Shown: one piece after another, positions 8,009-18,387 of the stretch
Numbering within the stretch: the stretch's first letter is position 1
Layout: each line of letters begins with the position of its first letter
DNA from: a virus
Virus record (IMG/VR): IMGVR_UViG_3300044712_001084
Location: 10,006-74,005 of that record
Reading direction: 5' to 3' (one strand)
DNA length: 64,000 nt
Program-made: the position numbers and the translations under genes
The notes under the pieces: model-generated
What the model saw: only the letters and a program-made list of their open reading frames with translations
Told to the model about the DNA's origin: nothing
Database searches by the model: none

Positions 8009-9527
8009 AATCCCAATCCTCTATATAAAAATCCATAGTATCGTCAGTGTTCAGCGTCACCACCTCTCCAATATCATCTGAAAATGTAATAGGTGGCGCC
8101 ACTCCAGCATCTCTGGGCAATATCCATACATCTTCCGCTTTCACAGTTCTAGATAGCACCAATCCAGTCAACCGTCTCGATTTATTACTGGCGAATAAGT
8201 AGGCTCTACCTCTATTATTAGAGAACGATGATAATCCATAAACTTTAGCAGTCACGTGTTTATCGGCATCTTCTATCGTTATACCAGCCTTCTCCAGCAT
8301 AGCGGTGCGTAATTTACCAGCATAACGTCCATTTACACCTCTATACATGACTACTTCTTCGCCATACAACTCTCTGAACAAGGCTTGATTATATTCCTGC
8401 CTAGCCTTGAAACCGGCAATCTGCCTATCCGTCAGTTGGACGTCAATCAAACCTTTAGGTTTATTCTTATTAGTCGTCAACGTGTTTATAGCAGCCCATT
8501 CATTATAAGCGCTGCCTGGCGACATAGTCCAATTTTCTTGCGAACCCATTACAAATAACATAGTTTCACGATCTGTCTTGGACTCTATATATTGCGCCAT
8601 AGCGTAATCACGCGTCAGATTGCCTTGCCCTCGAAACACGCGCTGACCCAAATGAAAATATGAAGCTGAATATGAATCACCTCCATAAAACTTAGCATAT
8701 TTGCGCTCATTAGCAAGTAGATACTGATGTAAATCCTCGATATATGGGTCATCTTCCGCTAACTGCGTGACTATAGCGCTAGATGGCGCAGAGCCGCCAA
8801 CCTTACCAGGACGTCCTGCGTGGTCAAAATTACCGCTGCCTTCTCCACCTTTGAGTCGGATAGCGCCACGCTCTTTCTTCACCTCGCCATTATTATACAG
8901 GCTCTTTATATAGTCATAGAATTTGCCTGGATTGCTGTAACCCATAGCCTTTATAGCCGTGCGAACAGCTTGCTGCGTGGACACGATACCTGTTTTGGGT
9001 GATAGAGCGTAATCACTGGTATGTAAGCGTAATTGATTCAAACCAAATCTACGCTCCCATTGAAAATACTGGCTGCCACCTCTCGAATAGATCATATAAT
9101 CAAACTCTGCTTCAGACATCTTCAGCAAAGGCTGTAATTCATTCCATCCGATTAGATTGGCGGCTGGGTGCTCAGCTGCATAACCTTTCAACGCGTGTAA
9201 TAGATAGCCCACCGACATCTTATCTTGCGCAGATGCCTTTGGAATATCTGGCCCAGGCTCGTTTATAGAGGCAATAAAATCCTCTCTTGATACATCACCC
9301 CATACGATATTCTGTATGCGTTTATTGACATGATCCGCATAGCCTCTAATATCAGGCTGCTGAAGTCTGGCGTAAGTGGCAATATTGACGTTCTGATCCC
9401 AAGCCAAGCGCTGGTCACTTGTAAGAGCCGCATCACCATCGACCACGCTACCACCAACTTGGCCTGGTCTACCAGCGTGACCGAAGTTTCCAGAGCCTTT
9501 ACCACCCTTCAATCTAATAACTGCCAT
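7998..9527 (-). CDS. motif-tagged two-module protein with C-terminal ADP-ribosyltransferase-like domain
   Basis: two GGxGSGNFxHAGRPGxVGGS cassettes; VMYRGV ... LSSFS ... GEVV (R-S-E ART pattern). Confidence 0.65.
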   Translation of the reverse strand: MAVIRLKGGKGSGNFGHAGRPGQVGGSVVDGDAALTSDQRLAWDQNVNIATYARLQQPDIRGYADHVNKRIQNIVWGDVSREDFIASINEPGPDIPKASAQDKMSVGYLLHALKGYAAEHPAANLIGWNELQPLLKMSEAEFDYMIYSRGGSQYFQWERRFGLNQLRLHTSDYALSPKTGIVSTQQAVRTAIKAMGYSNPGKFYDYIKSLYNNGEVKKERGAIRLKGGEGSGNFDHAGRPGKVGGSAPSSAIVTQLAEDDPYIEDLHQYLLANERKYAKFYGGDSYSASYFHLGQRVFRGQGNLTRDYAMAQYIESKTDRETMLFVMGSQENWTMSPGSAYNEWAAINTLTTNKNKPKGLIDVQLTDRQIAGFKARQEYNQALFRELYGEEVVMYRGVNGRYAGKLRTAMLEKAGITIEDADKHVTAKVYGLSSFSNNRGRAYLFASNKSRRLTGLVLSRTVKAEDVWILPRDAGVAPPITFSDDIGEVVTLNTDDTMDFYIEDWDYGN

Positions 9528-9530
9528 GGT

Positions 9531-10298
9531 TCACTTCCCTAATAAAGATTTGAGTTGCGTGAGGTCTTTTGCCTGGTCTAACTGGCGCTGCTCCATCCTA
9601 GCTAGAATATCAGCCACATAATCAGGCCTGGACTGATATGCGATATACTGGCGCAGAGCCGTCTCGTCACCGTTGAAAACAACGATATCCATTGGACGTT
9701 CAGCGCAACCTGGTAATATAAACCTATCCGCTGATATCTGCCACAACTGACAAGTGCCAACGGTATTGCCTGGGTTCCAGGACGTAGCTCTAATCTTGCT
9801 ATGTAAATCAGCCCATGACAATCTGGTCGTGTTAGCAGGATAGAATGTATAAGGATATCTGGCCCAGGTATAACGCTCGCTGGGCCACTTGGATAGATAG
9901 GATATGAACCAACCTCCAGTATAGATATCGAATGACCAGGCAGCCGTCACCATATCCACAAATTTCTGTACATCAGCCGCATACGTAACAGCTGCGTAAT
10001 TCTCTGGAGGCTTGACCTCGATATCCAGCATAACGTGCGTAGCCTCTTTGGGCATATGCGCACGCAACCAGTCAAAATTAGCTCTTGCGTTTACCCAGGG
10101 ATTGTATACAAAATAGGGCCAGCGCAAGAAGTTAGCAGCCTGGTCCCACTGGGCTTGAAAATTGGCATCGAGGTGATGCCCACCGTTCATGTTATTGAGC
10201 CTGACGATTATGGCACGCACTCCAGCATCCCATAATATCTGCTCTTCAATGTCCAGGCTTCCTTCCCAAACGTCCACAGCTAGCGTATAAGTAAGCAT
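9531..10298 (-). CDS. endolysin, GH25 muramidase-like
   Basis: AVDVWEG N-terminus, PYFVY, LDIE (DxE), IYTGGW, LWQ. Confidence 0.75.
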   Translation of the reverse strand: MLTYTLAVDVWEGSLDIEEQILWDAGVRAIIVRLNNMNGGHHLDANFQAQWDQAANFLRWPYFVYNPWVNARANFDWLRAHMPKEATHVMLDIEVKPPENYAAVTYAADVQKFVDMVTAAWSFDIYTGGWFISYLSKWPSERYTWARYPYTFYPANTTRLSWADLHSKIRATSWNPGNTVGTCQLWQISADRFILPGCAERPMDIVVFNGDETALRQYIAYQSRPDYVADILARMEQRQLDQAKDLTQLKSLLGK

Positions 10299-10300
10299 AA

Positions 10301-11728
10301 TTACTTAGCTCCAATTGATCTACTTCCTAGCGTGTCTTTTTCCACGTGAATACCAAATTGCGTAAGGAATGGCCCACTAGATGGTGCTGTACTGGATGCG
10401 GCAATCCTCGTGACCTTGGCCAAAATACGTCCACCCATTTTCATGTTGGCATCCAATAGCGTGCCTATAGATGTAGTAATCTCTGACATATCGTCAGTAT
10501 TGGCAGGCACCGTTGTCTCAGCGCTAATGGTCACCGTATCCGAGTAAATAGGGAATGGCGCGGCAATAGCTGGTCCAGTGGTATATGAATACTCTATTTG
10601 CCATTTTACATAACGATCTGACGCATCCGATACACCAGTCACCCAGTGAATATGGAATTCTATAGAGCTTCCTTCTTTATAAGCGTGCGACACCTCTTGC
10701 GCGTCAAATTCTACCGATTGATTGGTATTGAATCTGTAGGCATAAAACCCATTCGGCATTGCTAATAATGCCGCGCCAGTCACTCTTGCCGAGGATATAG
10801 AACACGCGATATCATCGAAGACTGTCGCAGAGCCGTTGAATTTGATCGTACCGTCAGTCTCTATCGTGGTATTATTCGTGCTATCACCTAATACCAGTGG
10901 ATAGGTGAGCATAGGTTCCCAGTCTGGATAGCCTCCAACGACCTTTAGCACCTCACCCGTTGAACCTATAGGAAGCCGCGTAGGACTGGATAGAACTGAC
11001 GATAGCGTGAATTCACGCGTATCCGAGTATAAGGGCCACCCACCGTTCAATTGCGCTGTTACGACATAGCGTCCGTCAGTTGGCGCGTTATCTAAGTAAG
11101 AAGATGTCCACTGCTGCTCGTGGCCAGCTGATGAGTCAGTTCCGAAGCGCGCACTTTTGCTGCCAAGAACAGTTCCAGTCAAGGACTCTTTGCGCACGCG
11201 CAACGTGTAATCCTTATACACGCCATAAGCAATACCGCTGACCCATATATTCCAAGTGACGGTAATCGAGGTGCCAACGTCCACCGTCAAATCCATATCC
11301 GCAATTATCACTTCGCTCGTGGAATTGTGTATAAGCTCTAATATATATGGCGTAGGATTGGATACCACTGTATTGGGCCCAAGGTAAATCATATCACCTT
11401 CAGCCGTCATAGGGTTCGGCATAATCCCTATGTTATCAATAGCCTCTAGAGCCTCTTGAACAGTATCGTCAGCGACATCAAAGACTTTCGTGAAACTGGA
11501 CGTGTCCACCGATATAATCGAGGCAGGATGACCTGATGTAGTGAGACCACTCAACGCTGAATGCGCGATAGCCTCAGCGCTCTGCGACACGTCAACCCAT
11601 GAAGCACCGTTGAACCAATACAACACTGGTTCGTCTGTCAGAAACCACGTACCTTCTCTGACAGTCGTAAATGCCAGCATTTCTACCTCTGTACCAATAT
11701 ATAACGGTGCTCCATGAGTCTTGACCAT
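10301..11728 (-). CDS. putative virion structural protein (fibre/decoration-like)
   Basis: Ser/Thr-rich beta segments; PMTAEGDMIY...TRLPIGSTGEVLKV fibre-type segment. Confidence 0.55.
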   Translation of the reverse strand: MVKTHGAPLYIGTEVEMLAFTTVREGTWFLTDEPVLYWFNGASWVDVSQSAEAIAHSALSGLTTSGHPASIISVDTSSFTKVFDVADDTVQEALEAIDNIGIMPNPMTAEGDMIYLGPNTVVSNPTPYILELIHNSTSEVIIADMDLTVDVGTSITVTWNIWVSGIAYGVYKDYTLRVRKESLTGTVLGSKSARFGTDSSAGHEQQWTSSYLDNAPTDGRYVVTAQLNGGWPLYSDTREFTLSSVLSSPTRLPIGSTGEVLKVVGGYPDWEPMLTYPLVLGDSTNNTTIETDGTIKFNGSATVFDDIACSISSARVTGAALLAMPNGFYAYRFNTNQSVEFDAQEVSHAYKEGSSIEFHIHWVTGVSDASDRYVKWQIEYSYTTGPAIAAPFPIYSDTVTISAETTVPANTDDMSEITTSIGTLLDANMKMGGRILAKVTRIAASSTAPSSGPFLTQFGIHVEKDTLGSRSIGAK

Positions 11729-11730
11729 TT

Positions 11731-11946
11731 CTAATCCTTGCTGCGCAACTGAAACTTCTTTTTACGAGGGCCACTGGGTGTCGTAATGGCCGCCAACGCA
11801 GCCCTCCAGGCATCATCCAAGGCTTCGTCCTTTACTTCCTCAGTCCAGATACTGGCACCAGTCGGTTTACCATTATCATCCACGATCTGGCCGTCCGGCT
11901 GCGTCTCTGGCTCAACGGTTTTGGCGCTGCTTAGCTTTACTCTCAT
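11731..11946 (-). CDS. small hypothetical protein
   Basis: ATG at 11946 with GGAGAGG SD; fills the gap between neighbours. Confidence 0.55.
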   Translation of the reverse strand: MRVKLSSAKTVEPETQPDGQIVDDNGKPTGASIWTEEVKDEALDDAWRAALAAITTPSGPRKKKFQLRSKD

Positions 11947-13168
11947 AGTATGCCTCTCCAACTCGATAGCTCAATGAATCATCTGCCATATACTTTATGG
12001 CTTGCCAACTGGAATTCAGCATGGACTCTTTACCTAATTTGAAACCATCTGGACCTACGAATGCCGCAATCTCCCAAGAGTGCTGTAAGGAATCCAACGT
12101 GGATCTAGGCATAGCCGTATTATAGCGCTGGCTCCACATACGCTCCAATTTGGCTTGAGCGCCAATCAGATACGTCTCGTGCCTGAAATCGAAGCCCATC
12201 CTGGCCCACGCGTACCCACCTACGTCAATATTGGCGTAAATAGTGACCTCTTTGATGCCAGCTTCTTTATAAGTCACTTCACTGGATTGATACCAGGCAG
12301 AGCCGAACCCAGTACCTTGCTGACTACCATTCAGAGTGAATAGGTCGTGATGAACTTCCTTCAACTTTACATAAATAGAGCGTGTAAAGCCACCGACATA
12401 ACTACCATCGGCAGTTCGCACAATACCTTCCACTTCAACCGTTGGACCTCTAGACCCATCCTTCAACGTTATCGATTGAACTATACCACGCGTACCCGTA
12501 GTTTCATCCACAGTATTCCAAGCTTCTTCTACAAAATCCTCGATGGGCTTGGTATATCCTGCTTTTGTCCAGGCTTCTAATACGTCTCTATCAGTAACAC
12601 TGAGCGGTCCTCGCAATTGATTTTTCACCTCGGAAGCCAGAGGCTCAACCTTCAGACCTTTCTTTGGATTGATAGCCTTATCAGCTGGCTTGGGATAATC
12701 CATAGTAGGCTCAGTCATACGCGGCTTGGGGTGTGACCATAGGTCCCATTCCTCCATAGCTCTTTGCCGCGCCAGCCCTGCCTCGAATGATGCTGTCACA
12801 TTACCCCAACCTTGCTCACGCGATATGCGATATTGTAAATCATATGCCTCTTGGCCGCGCAACTCACGCGTAGCGTTATCGCGCAAATCCGCATCCCATA
12901 TCTCATACTGGCGCTGTCTCGCATCACGCCCATAATCCTCTGCCATGGTACGTGACCAACCAGCACGCATCTGGCGCGTGACCTCGGTGGAGCGTGCTCG
13001 TTCTCCAGCATTCAATCTATCGCGTCTGGCTTGCTGCTCTGGCGTCAATTCTCTGGGCGCTGAACCACGTGCTGGCGCTGAACCTCCGACACGCCCAGGT
13101 CTGCCAGCGTGACCAAAGTTCCCAGAATTATCATTGCCTTCTTTCCAAGTGACCACTATCTTACCCAT
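11912..13168 (-). CDS. motif-tagged GNAT-fold acetyltransferase-like protein
   Basis: start MGKIVVTWKEG followed by SGNFGHAGRPGRVGGS; QQGTGFGS (acetyl-CoA loop) and GGYAWARMGF. Confidence 0.7.
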   Translation of the reverse strand: MGKIVVTWKEGNDNSGNFGHAGRPGRVGGSAPARGSAPRELTPEQQARRDRLNAGERARSTEVTRQMRAGWSRTMAEDYGRDARQRQYEIWDADLRDNATRELRGQEAYDLQYRISREQGWGNVTASFEAGLARQRAMEEWDLWSHPKPRMTEPTMDYPKPADKAINPKKGLKVEPLASEVKNQLRGPLSVTDRDVLEAWTKAGYTKPIEDFVEEAWNTVDETTGTRGIVQSITLKDGSRGPTVEVEGIVRTADGSYVGGFTRSIYVKLKEVHHDLFTLNGSQQGTGFGSAWYQSSEVTYKEAGIKEVTIYANIDVGGYAWARMGFDFRHETYLIGAQAKLERMWSQRYNTAMPRSTLDSLQHSWEIAAFVGPDGFKLGKESMLNSSWQAIKYMADDSLSYRVGEAYYESKAKQRQNR

Positions 13169-13853
13169 CTTGAACCTCGCTGTAATCTGGAAGATAAACT
13201 TCGCTGCGCCGCATATCGACATTCTGAGCAACTTCTCCACCCAGTCTAGCCGCTAACTCACGTGCCGCACGTTCTCGCACGTTTGGATCCGTGATATACT
13301 TTGAGAATAAATCAGCCACCGTGGCTCGTAATAATAAAACTTGCGCAGCCGTGAGTGTATTGCGGGCATCGGTGCGCGATATCTTTTCCACCAGCGTGCC
13401 TATGGATCCAATGACATTCAAAAACCGATTGAGCCATATCCCATAATTATCATCCCCAGGCTCTGGAAATAAGGACACCATTTCAGCATAAATAGCCTTG
13501 GCCGTAGCCAACTCATAATCGAGGTTCAATAACTTACCACGATCTTGATTCAGATATTCCTGGATCTGGTCATTGAGCCGCGTGCGCGTCACAAACGCTG
13601 TGCGCCCAGTGCGAATGTTGGGATTGGCTGATGTATTTCCACCGTGAAACGCGCACGCGCCTGTACCAACGTGCCAAGTCTTATACCCAGCTGGGTTGGT
13701 GCAGCGCAACGCGTGATCTTTATGCATGCGCCTGAAACAGATTGCCTTTTCCTCTCGATTGGCTGGCAACTTGACAAAATAGGTCGTGCCACCCGGTGTG
13801 CCAGGCTCTTCGCGTATATTTCCAGCGCGTATTTTTGAGAATTCAACCGACAT
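13161..13853 (-). CDS. putative terminase small subunit (HGG-motif protein)
   Basis: C...C...GACAFHGGNT motif followed by a helical region; GAGG SD before ATG 13853. Confidence 0.55.
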   Translation of the reverse strand: MSVEFSKIRAGNIREEPGTPGGTTYFVKLPANREEKAICFRRMHKDHALRCTNPAGYKTWHVGTGACAFHGGNTSANPNIRTGRTAFVTRTRLNDQIQEYLNQDRGKLLNLDYELATAKAIYAEMVSLFPEPGDDNYGIWLNRFLNVIGSIGTLVEKISRTDARNTLTAAQVLLLRATVADLFSKYITDPNVRERAARELAARLGGEVAQNVDMRRSEVYLPDYSEVQDG

Positions 13854-13871
13854 ATGGACCTCTACATATAA

Positions 13872-13901
13872 ATTCACGTCAGTATATTTACTGACGTGAA
13901 T
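13872..13901. terminator. 13-bp-stem hairpin (terminator or operator)
   Basis: ATTCACGTCAGTA / TACTGACGTGAAT. Confidence 0.5.
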
Positions 13902-13925
13902 GTTTACCAGGAATAATGACAATTA

Positions 13926-14384
13926 TCACGACTCTATAGCGGCATTATCTGGACTTTCTTCGCAAGTGGGTGCTTGCCACAAGTCTGGCGTCCAAACCGG
14001 AATTTGCTTCAAGCTCAGGATTTGCCTGTGTAAACTCTCGATGCCCACCATGAGGTAGGCCAGCCTGTCTGCGTAAGCGTTGACTACTAACCTCAACTGG
14101 TGTATAAGTCTGGCCTGGGAGTGGTATTGGCGCTCTAGCCGCGTCACCTTCTCGTTCAATTCCTCTATCATGGCAGAAGCCGTCTGGCGTATCTGCTCTG
14201 CCCATTGAGCGCGCAATAGCTGCGCCTTCTCTTCCGTCTCGATAGCCTCTGCGCGTCTCTTTTTACGCTCTAATACCGCTAACACCAGTGTAGTGACAAT
14301 ACCTGAGCCCAGTAAGGCAGTGAATAACGATACTACAGCCGTCACCACTATATTAGTATTATCCACAGTCTCCAGTAAATTCAT
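13926..14384 (-). CDS. membrane protein with coiled coil (lysis-module-like)
   Basis: N-terminal TM followed by a heptad-rich helix. Confidence 0.6.
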   Translation of the reverse strand: MNLLETVDNTNIVVTAVVSLFTALLGSGIVTTLVLAVLERKKRRAEAIETEEKAQLLRAQWAEQIRQTASAMIEELNEKVTRLERQYHSQARLIHQLRLVVNAYADRLAYLMVGIESLHRQILSLKQIPVWTPDLWQAPTCEESPDNAAIES

Positions 14385-14656
14385 AAATCCACCAATCCTT
14401 CTGCGGCAGAGGCAGTCAGCATGAAGGTCAACGCCAATAGCAATAAGTAGCCGCTAACGTCCTGCATGGACGTGATATGAGTAAAATCCAATATAATGAC
14501 AATCAACGCATACAAGCTGGCTGATGCCTGAGTCAACCGCACCACCGATTTATTTTTCAAACGATATCGCTTAGCATAAGCTACGTTGGCTATCACTGCT
14601 ACAATCGCCATAGCGGCAGCTAGTATCTTCACGACATCAGTCAGCATATGCGTCAT
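14381..14656 (-). CDS. 3-TM membrane protein, holin candidate
   Basis: three hydrophobic helices in 91 aa. Confidence 0.55.
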   Translation of the reverse strand: MTHMLTDVVKILAAAMAIVAVIANVAYAKRYRLKNKSVVRLTQASASLYALIVIILDFTHITSMQDVSGYLLLLALTFMLTASAAEGLVDL

Positions 14657-15078
14657 TCCTTACCAGTCATAAAGGCTGATATAGCCTTTTTTACCGCGTT
14701 ATTACCCATGTCGAATAAACCAGTGCTGGCCAAACCGAATGCCAGGCAGAAGATAACCGTCTCCACCCAGGGATTGAGTTGCGGGAACATTGTCATAAGT
14801 TTGTATATAAATCCCACAACCACGCTGATGATCAGGGCCACTAGCATCAAGGTATTGCCCTTTACACCAAAACGTTTGACCAACTCGACATAACCCATAA
14901 CCAGCATTATAAGACTCACGCCGCCAATGGTTGGGTCCATAGGCAATGCGGGCTGCGCGCTGGGATCAATGGGCACCGCGTCCTGCGATAATGGCGCGGC
15001 ATAAGCCACGCCCACGAAAGTGGCGCACATGACAATCATCAGCGCCAGCAACACAATCGTACGAATTGCATGCTTCAT
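14653..15078 (-). CDS. holin-like membrane protein
   Basis: signal-like N-terminus; VELVKRFG...GLASTGLFD holin-like pattern. Confidence 0.6.
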   Translation of the reverse strand: MKHAIRTIVLLALMIVMCATFVGVAYAAPLSQDAVPIDPSAQPALPMDPTIGGVSLIMLVMGYVELVKRFGVKGNTLMLVALIISVVVGFIYKLMTMFPQLNPWVETVIFCLAFGLASTGLFDMGNNAVKKAISAFMTGKE

Positions 15079-15119
15079 AATCTATCCTTTCTCTAGTCGA
15101 TATTGCCTGACAACTATAT

Positions 15120-15905
15120 TTACTGAGGCAGTTTTATCATCATACCTGCGAATATCGCACGCACTCGCTTGTAATCTACCTCTCCAAGCACAGTACGCAA
15201 ATCACGTAACAACGTGAATTCACCTCCATCACTATAATCATCTAGCGATGCGTTGCTCAGATGAAGGTTGCGTAAGAATATAAGGCTGGAATTGTATATG
15301 ATTGTCATGATGGGAACTGGTATACTAGCTAGCTGAGCAATCTGCGTTATCGCGTCCCGGCTGCGCTGCTCTCGACATAGCGAACTGTAAATGAGTTCTG
15401 ACACTTCATCCAAGATGATACAAGGTATAGATGGGAAGCGTTGCCGATTGTAATGCGTAAGATCCACCAATATAGCATCCTCGCATAGCTTGTCGAATGC
15501 CAGCGTGGATTGACAATCCTCTAGCCCATCCTCCAGTGAATCAACCTCGTCACTATCCTCTGACGGCTTGGCGAAGTCGTCTAGTAAGATCACGCGGCTC
15601 TCTTTAGTTGAATAGGTGCGGCATATATTATGGATCACAGTCGTGAAGTAATTATGCAGCGTGGATACACCTGGATTGAAATAGCGGCTGGAATGCTGGA
15701 TTTTCATCAAGGCTTCTTGAATCAAATCCTCTCTATCGTTGGGATCATAAATGCTAACTATGGCTTCAACTAGGTATTGAGATAATTCAACAATTCTAGC
15801 CATGATAGCAGGATTTTCAGATTGCTGCCAATCCAACACTAACTCGGTGACTCTAGCGTTGTCAAATATTAGAGCCGTTTTATCAGCGCGTAGTGTGCCA
15901 GACAT
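15120..15905 (-). CDS. sigma-70-like RNA polymerase sigma factor (candidate late sigma)
   Basis: region-2-like DREDLIQEALMKI...FNP...TLHNYFTTVIHN. Confidence 0.7.
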   Translation of the reverse strand: MSGTLRADKTALIFDNARVTELVLDWQQSENPAIMARIVELSQYLVEAIVSIYDPNDREDLIQEALMKIQHSSRYFNPGVSTLHNYFTTVIHNICRTYSTKESRVILLDDFAKPSEDSDEVDSLEDGLEDCQSTLAFDKLCEDAILVDLTHYNRQRFPSIPCIILDEVSELIYSSLCREQRSRDAITQIAQLASIPVPIMTIIYNSSLIFLRNLHLSNASLDDYSDGGEFTLLRDLRTVLGEVDYKRVRAIFAGMMIKLPQ

Positions 15906-16360
15906 AATGCCTCCGCCATACCGTCATTAGGTTTATAGCACCTCGGTGTGGGTAATAATGATGCTGAAGGGTACGCCATACGGCAGAATGCAATAGCCGC
16001 ATCTTTATCTTTTTTGGTTCCAGCCAATACAATCTTCTTCCACGCTTGCGGTGTAACCATATACCGTGGAATTTGTAGCGCACCTAACACACCGTGGATT
16101 ATACCAGTAGACATACCAAACGAGAACATACTGGTGACACCCTGGCCTGGCATAGCGCTGACTTTCTCGATACAAGCTGCGACATGCTCAGGCTGCTGGT
16201 GATTATCGTATATTTCCATGAACCAGGCAGCAATGCGCTCTGGATCCACCCCATGACCAGATTGAGGCATAGGTGCTGTATAGATAGCTTGGCTAGCGCC
16301 ATAAATGGCTGCCAGCCCTCCACCCATACCTGGATCTATGCCAAAATACAGGCTATTCAT
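15869..16360 (-). CDS. ruvC: RuvC-like Holliday junction resolvase
   Basis: GIDPG, IEKV, MFSFG, PQAWKK, DGMAEA. Confidence 0.85.
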   Translation of the reverse strand: MNSLYFGIDPGMGGGLAAIYGASQAIYTAPMPQSGHGVDPERIAAWFMEIYDNHQQPEHVAACIEKVSAMPGQGVTSMFSFGMSTGIIHGVLGALQIPRYMVTPQAWKKIVLAGTKKDKDAAIAFCRMAYPSASLLPTPRCYKPNDGMAEALCLAHYALIKRL

Positions 16361-17318
16361 ACGATATCCTGCGACAATGGATAACTGGCACGCGCCATTT
16401 ACCAGCACGTATAGACGGCTGTTTCAACTTGGTCATTGCCATAGGCATGCCGTCCATCAAAGATACAAACGCATTACGCAAAAGGTATTGCTTTATGCGC
16501 TTAGCGTTTGCTGGTCTATAATCTCCAATAGCATCGAGTATAGCTTGCCTAGAACCCACCCTATCTGCGTAGAGGGCCATTATATAGATATTCTTGCATA
16601 TCCGTTCAAATCCGAACGTTAGAATGGCGCTAGACAATCTATCTGACAGTACGGCTGGCCCAGGATAGCTGCCAGTGGCCGCGTTGGTGATATTCGTTAG
16701 CTCTCGGAATTCTTTGAATAGTTTGCTAGCCGTCTTTTCACCGATACCAGGCACACCTGGGATATTATCACTTGAGTCGCCAATCAGTGCGCGCCAATCC
16801 ACGTAATTCGAGAATGCTATATCATAGTCAGTCTCTACATCGACCATCGTGTACACTTTATCTTTAGAGGGATAATACACGCTCACGCCCAACTCATCAT
16901 CGATGGCCTGGAATAGGTCTTTATCCCCACTAACGATCATATTGTCACCTTCCAGCATACGGCTGGCGTGATACAAGTGATCGTCAGCCTCTGCGCCAAG
17001 TTTGCGAACGCTGACCACGCCCATCATAGGGAACACGTAATCAGTAAGCTCTTGGACTTGGCGCAGAAAGTCTTGATATTCGAGTGGGTCACCATGGTCA
17101 CGATTGGCTTTATACTCTGGTACAGCTTTGCGCCTGAACTCAGGCACTCCACCATCCCAGCATACCACTATGGATGAAGGCTTGAAGCGCTTTATCAAGC
17201 TGGCCACGTTGCGCAAGAAGCCATAGGTCACGCTTACATCTACCCCATGGTGCGATAGATGAAACGCATGACGACATCGATGAGCCAGATTATTTCCATC
17301 AATAAGTAAATTCAACAT
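16353..17318 (-). CDS. 5'-3' exonuclease / flap endonuclease
   Basis: LLIDGNN, YKANR, EADD, SGDKDL, GDSSDNIPGVPGIGEKTA. Confidence 0.92.
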   Translation of the reverse strand: MLNLLIDGNNLAHRCRHAFHLSHHGVDVSVTYGFLRNVASLIKRFKPSSIVVCWDGGVPEFRRKAVPEYKANRDHGDPLEYQDFLRQVQELTDYVFPMMGVVSVRKLGAEADDHLYHASRMLEGDNMIVSGDKDLFQAIDDELGVSVYYPSKDKVYTMVDVETDYDIAFSNYVDWRALIGDSSDNIPGVPGIGEKTASKLFKEFRELTNITNAATGSYPGPAVLSDRLSSAILTFGFERICKNIYIMALYADRVGSRQAILDAIGDYRPANAKRIKQYLLRNAFVSLMDGMPMAMTKLKQPSIRAGKWRVPVIHCRRISYE

Positions 17319-17321
17319 GTT

Positions 17322-18386
17322 CTATTCCTCGCCAGACTCATCTTCAGTAGAAGGCTGCTCTTCTGGATTAGCGTGCTGTACAACCGCCAGCGGGTCATAG
17401 GCTAGAACCAACTCAGCTATGGCGGCATATTCCTCTCTGTAAAAGTCAGGCCAATCTGCCCTCGACAACTCGATATCCTCGTCACCCAATGATAATATAT
17501 AGCTGCGTCCCTCTTGCCGCAATAGGTCTGCATCTTTCAGATATAACCATGTGGCGGCTGGGTCATCTATTCCTTCACCAAAGTAAATCGGAAAAGTGGC
17601 TGACCTGAACGGCTTGGCCATTTTATTCTTTACCACGGTGGCACGCGTAAGCATACCCAAGATGCGCTTCTTGCCGTTCTTAGCTTTATCACTCTTGATC
17701 TTGCTGGAGAGGTCCAATTGAACGCGCACTGATGAATGAAATGGAATAGCCTTGCCGCCAAAGGTAGATGTATCATCGCCAAACATTACGCCAATCTTCT
17801 GGCGCGTCTGGTTGAGGAATAAAGCACATATGCGTTGGTCAGATAGGATACGCGTGAATTTGCGCAAGGATTGCGATATAATACGCGCATGGCTGGCCAT
17901 AGTAGCTTTGCCATATTCGTGCGTCATTTCATATTCATCCGAGGTGGCAGCCACGCTATCCCAAACCAGTAGCATATCCGTGTCAGGAAACTTCTTGTCT
18001 TTCAACTCAGCCACTGTCTCAAAGAATTCAAATACTTCCTCGATTGTGTCTGGTGAATAATAGATCAAGTTGCCCACGTCCACGCCCAGCATTTTCATCA
18101 TATCGATAGACACAGCCGTCTCTGTATCCACGTACCCGCATATGATGCCAGATTGCTGGGCCAGCGCCACCGTCTGCGCTGCTATCAGGCTCTTGCCGCT
18201 AGATGGGTCACCGAACATCTCAGTCAACCGTCCAACTGGCAAACCTTTGCCCATAATAGCGTCCAGCACGAGGCATCCGGTGGGCATAAACGCGTTTACC
18301 ACGCAAGGGCTGTCGTCATCCGATAACAATGACACATCTATCTTGCGCTTCATAGCCTTTACCAAGTCTGATGCTTTACTCGCCAT
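17322..18386 (-). CDS. recA: RecA/UvsX recombinase
   Basis: GLPVGRLTEMFGDPSSGKS, WDSVAA, NQTRQKIGVMFG, GGKAIPF. Confidence 0.92.
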   Translation of the reverse strand: MASKASDLVKAMKRKIDVSLLSDDDSPCVVNAFMPTGCLVLDAIMGKGLPVGRLTEMFGDPSSGKSLIAAQTVALAQQSGIICGYVDTETAVSIDMMKMLGVDVGNLIYYSPDTIEEVFEFFETVAELKDKKFPDTDMLLVWDSVAATSDEYEMTHEYGKATMASHARIISQSLRKFTRILSDQRICALFLNQTRQKIGVMFGDDTSTFGGKAIPFHSSVRVQLDLSSKIKSDKAKNGKKRILGMLTRATVVKNKMAKPFRSATFPIYFGEGIDDPAATWLYLKDADLLRQEGRSYILSLGDEDIELSRADWPDFYREEYAAIAELVLAYDPLAVVQHANPEEQPSTEDESGEE

Positions 18387-18387
18387 A

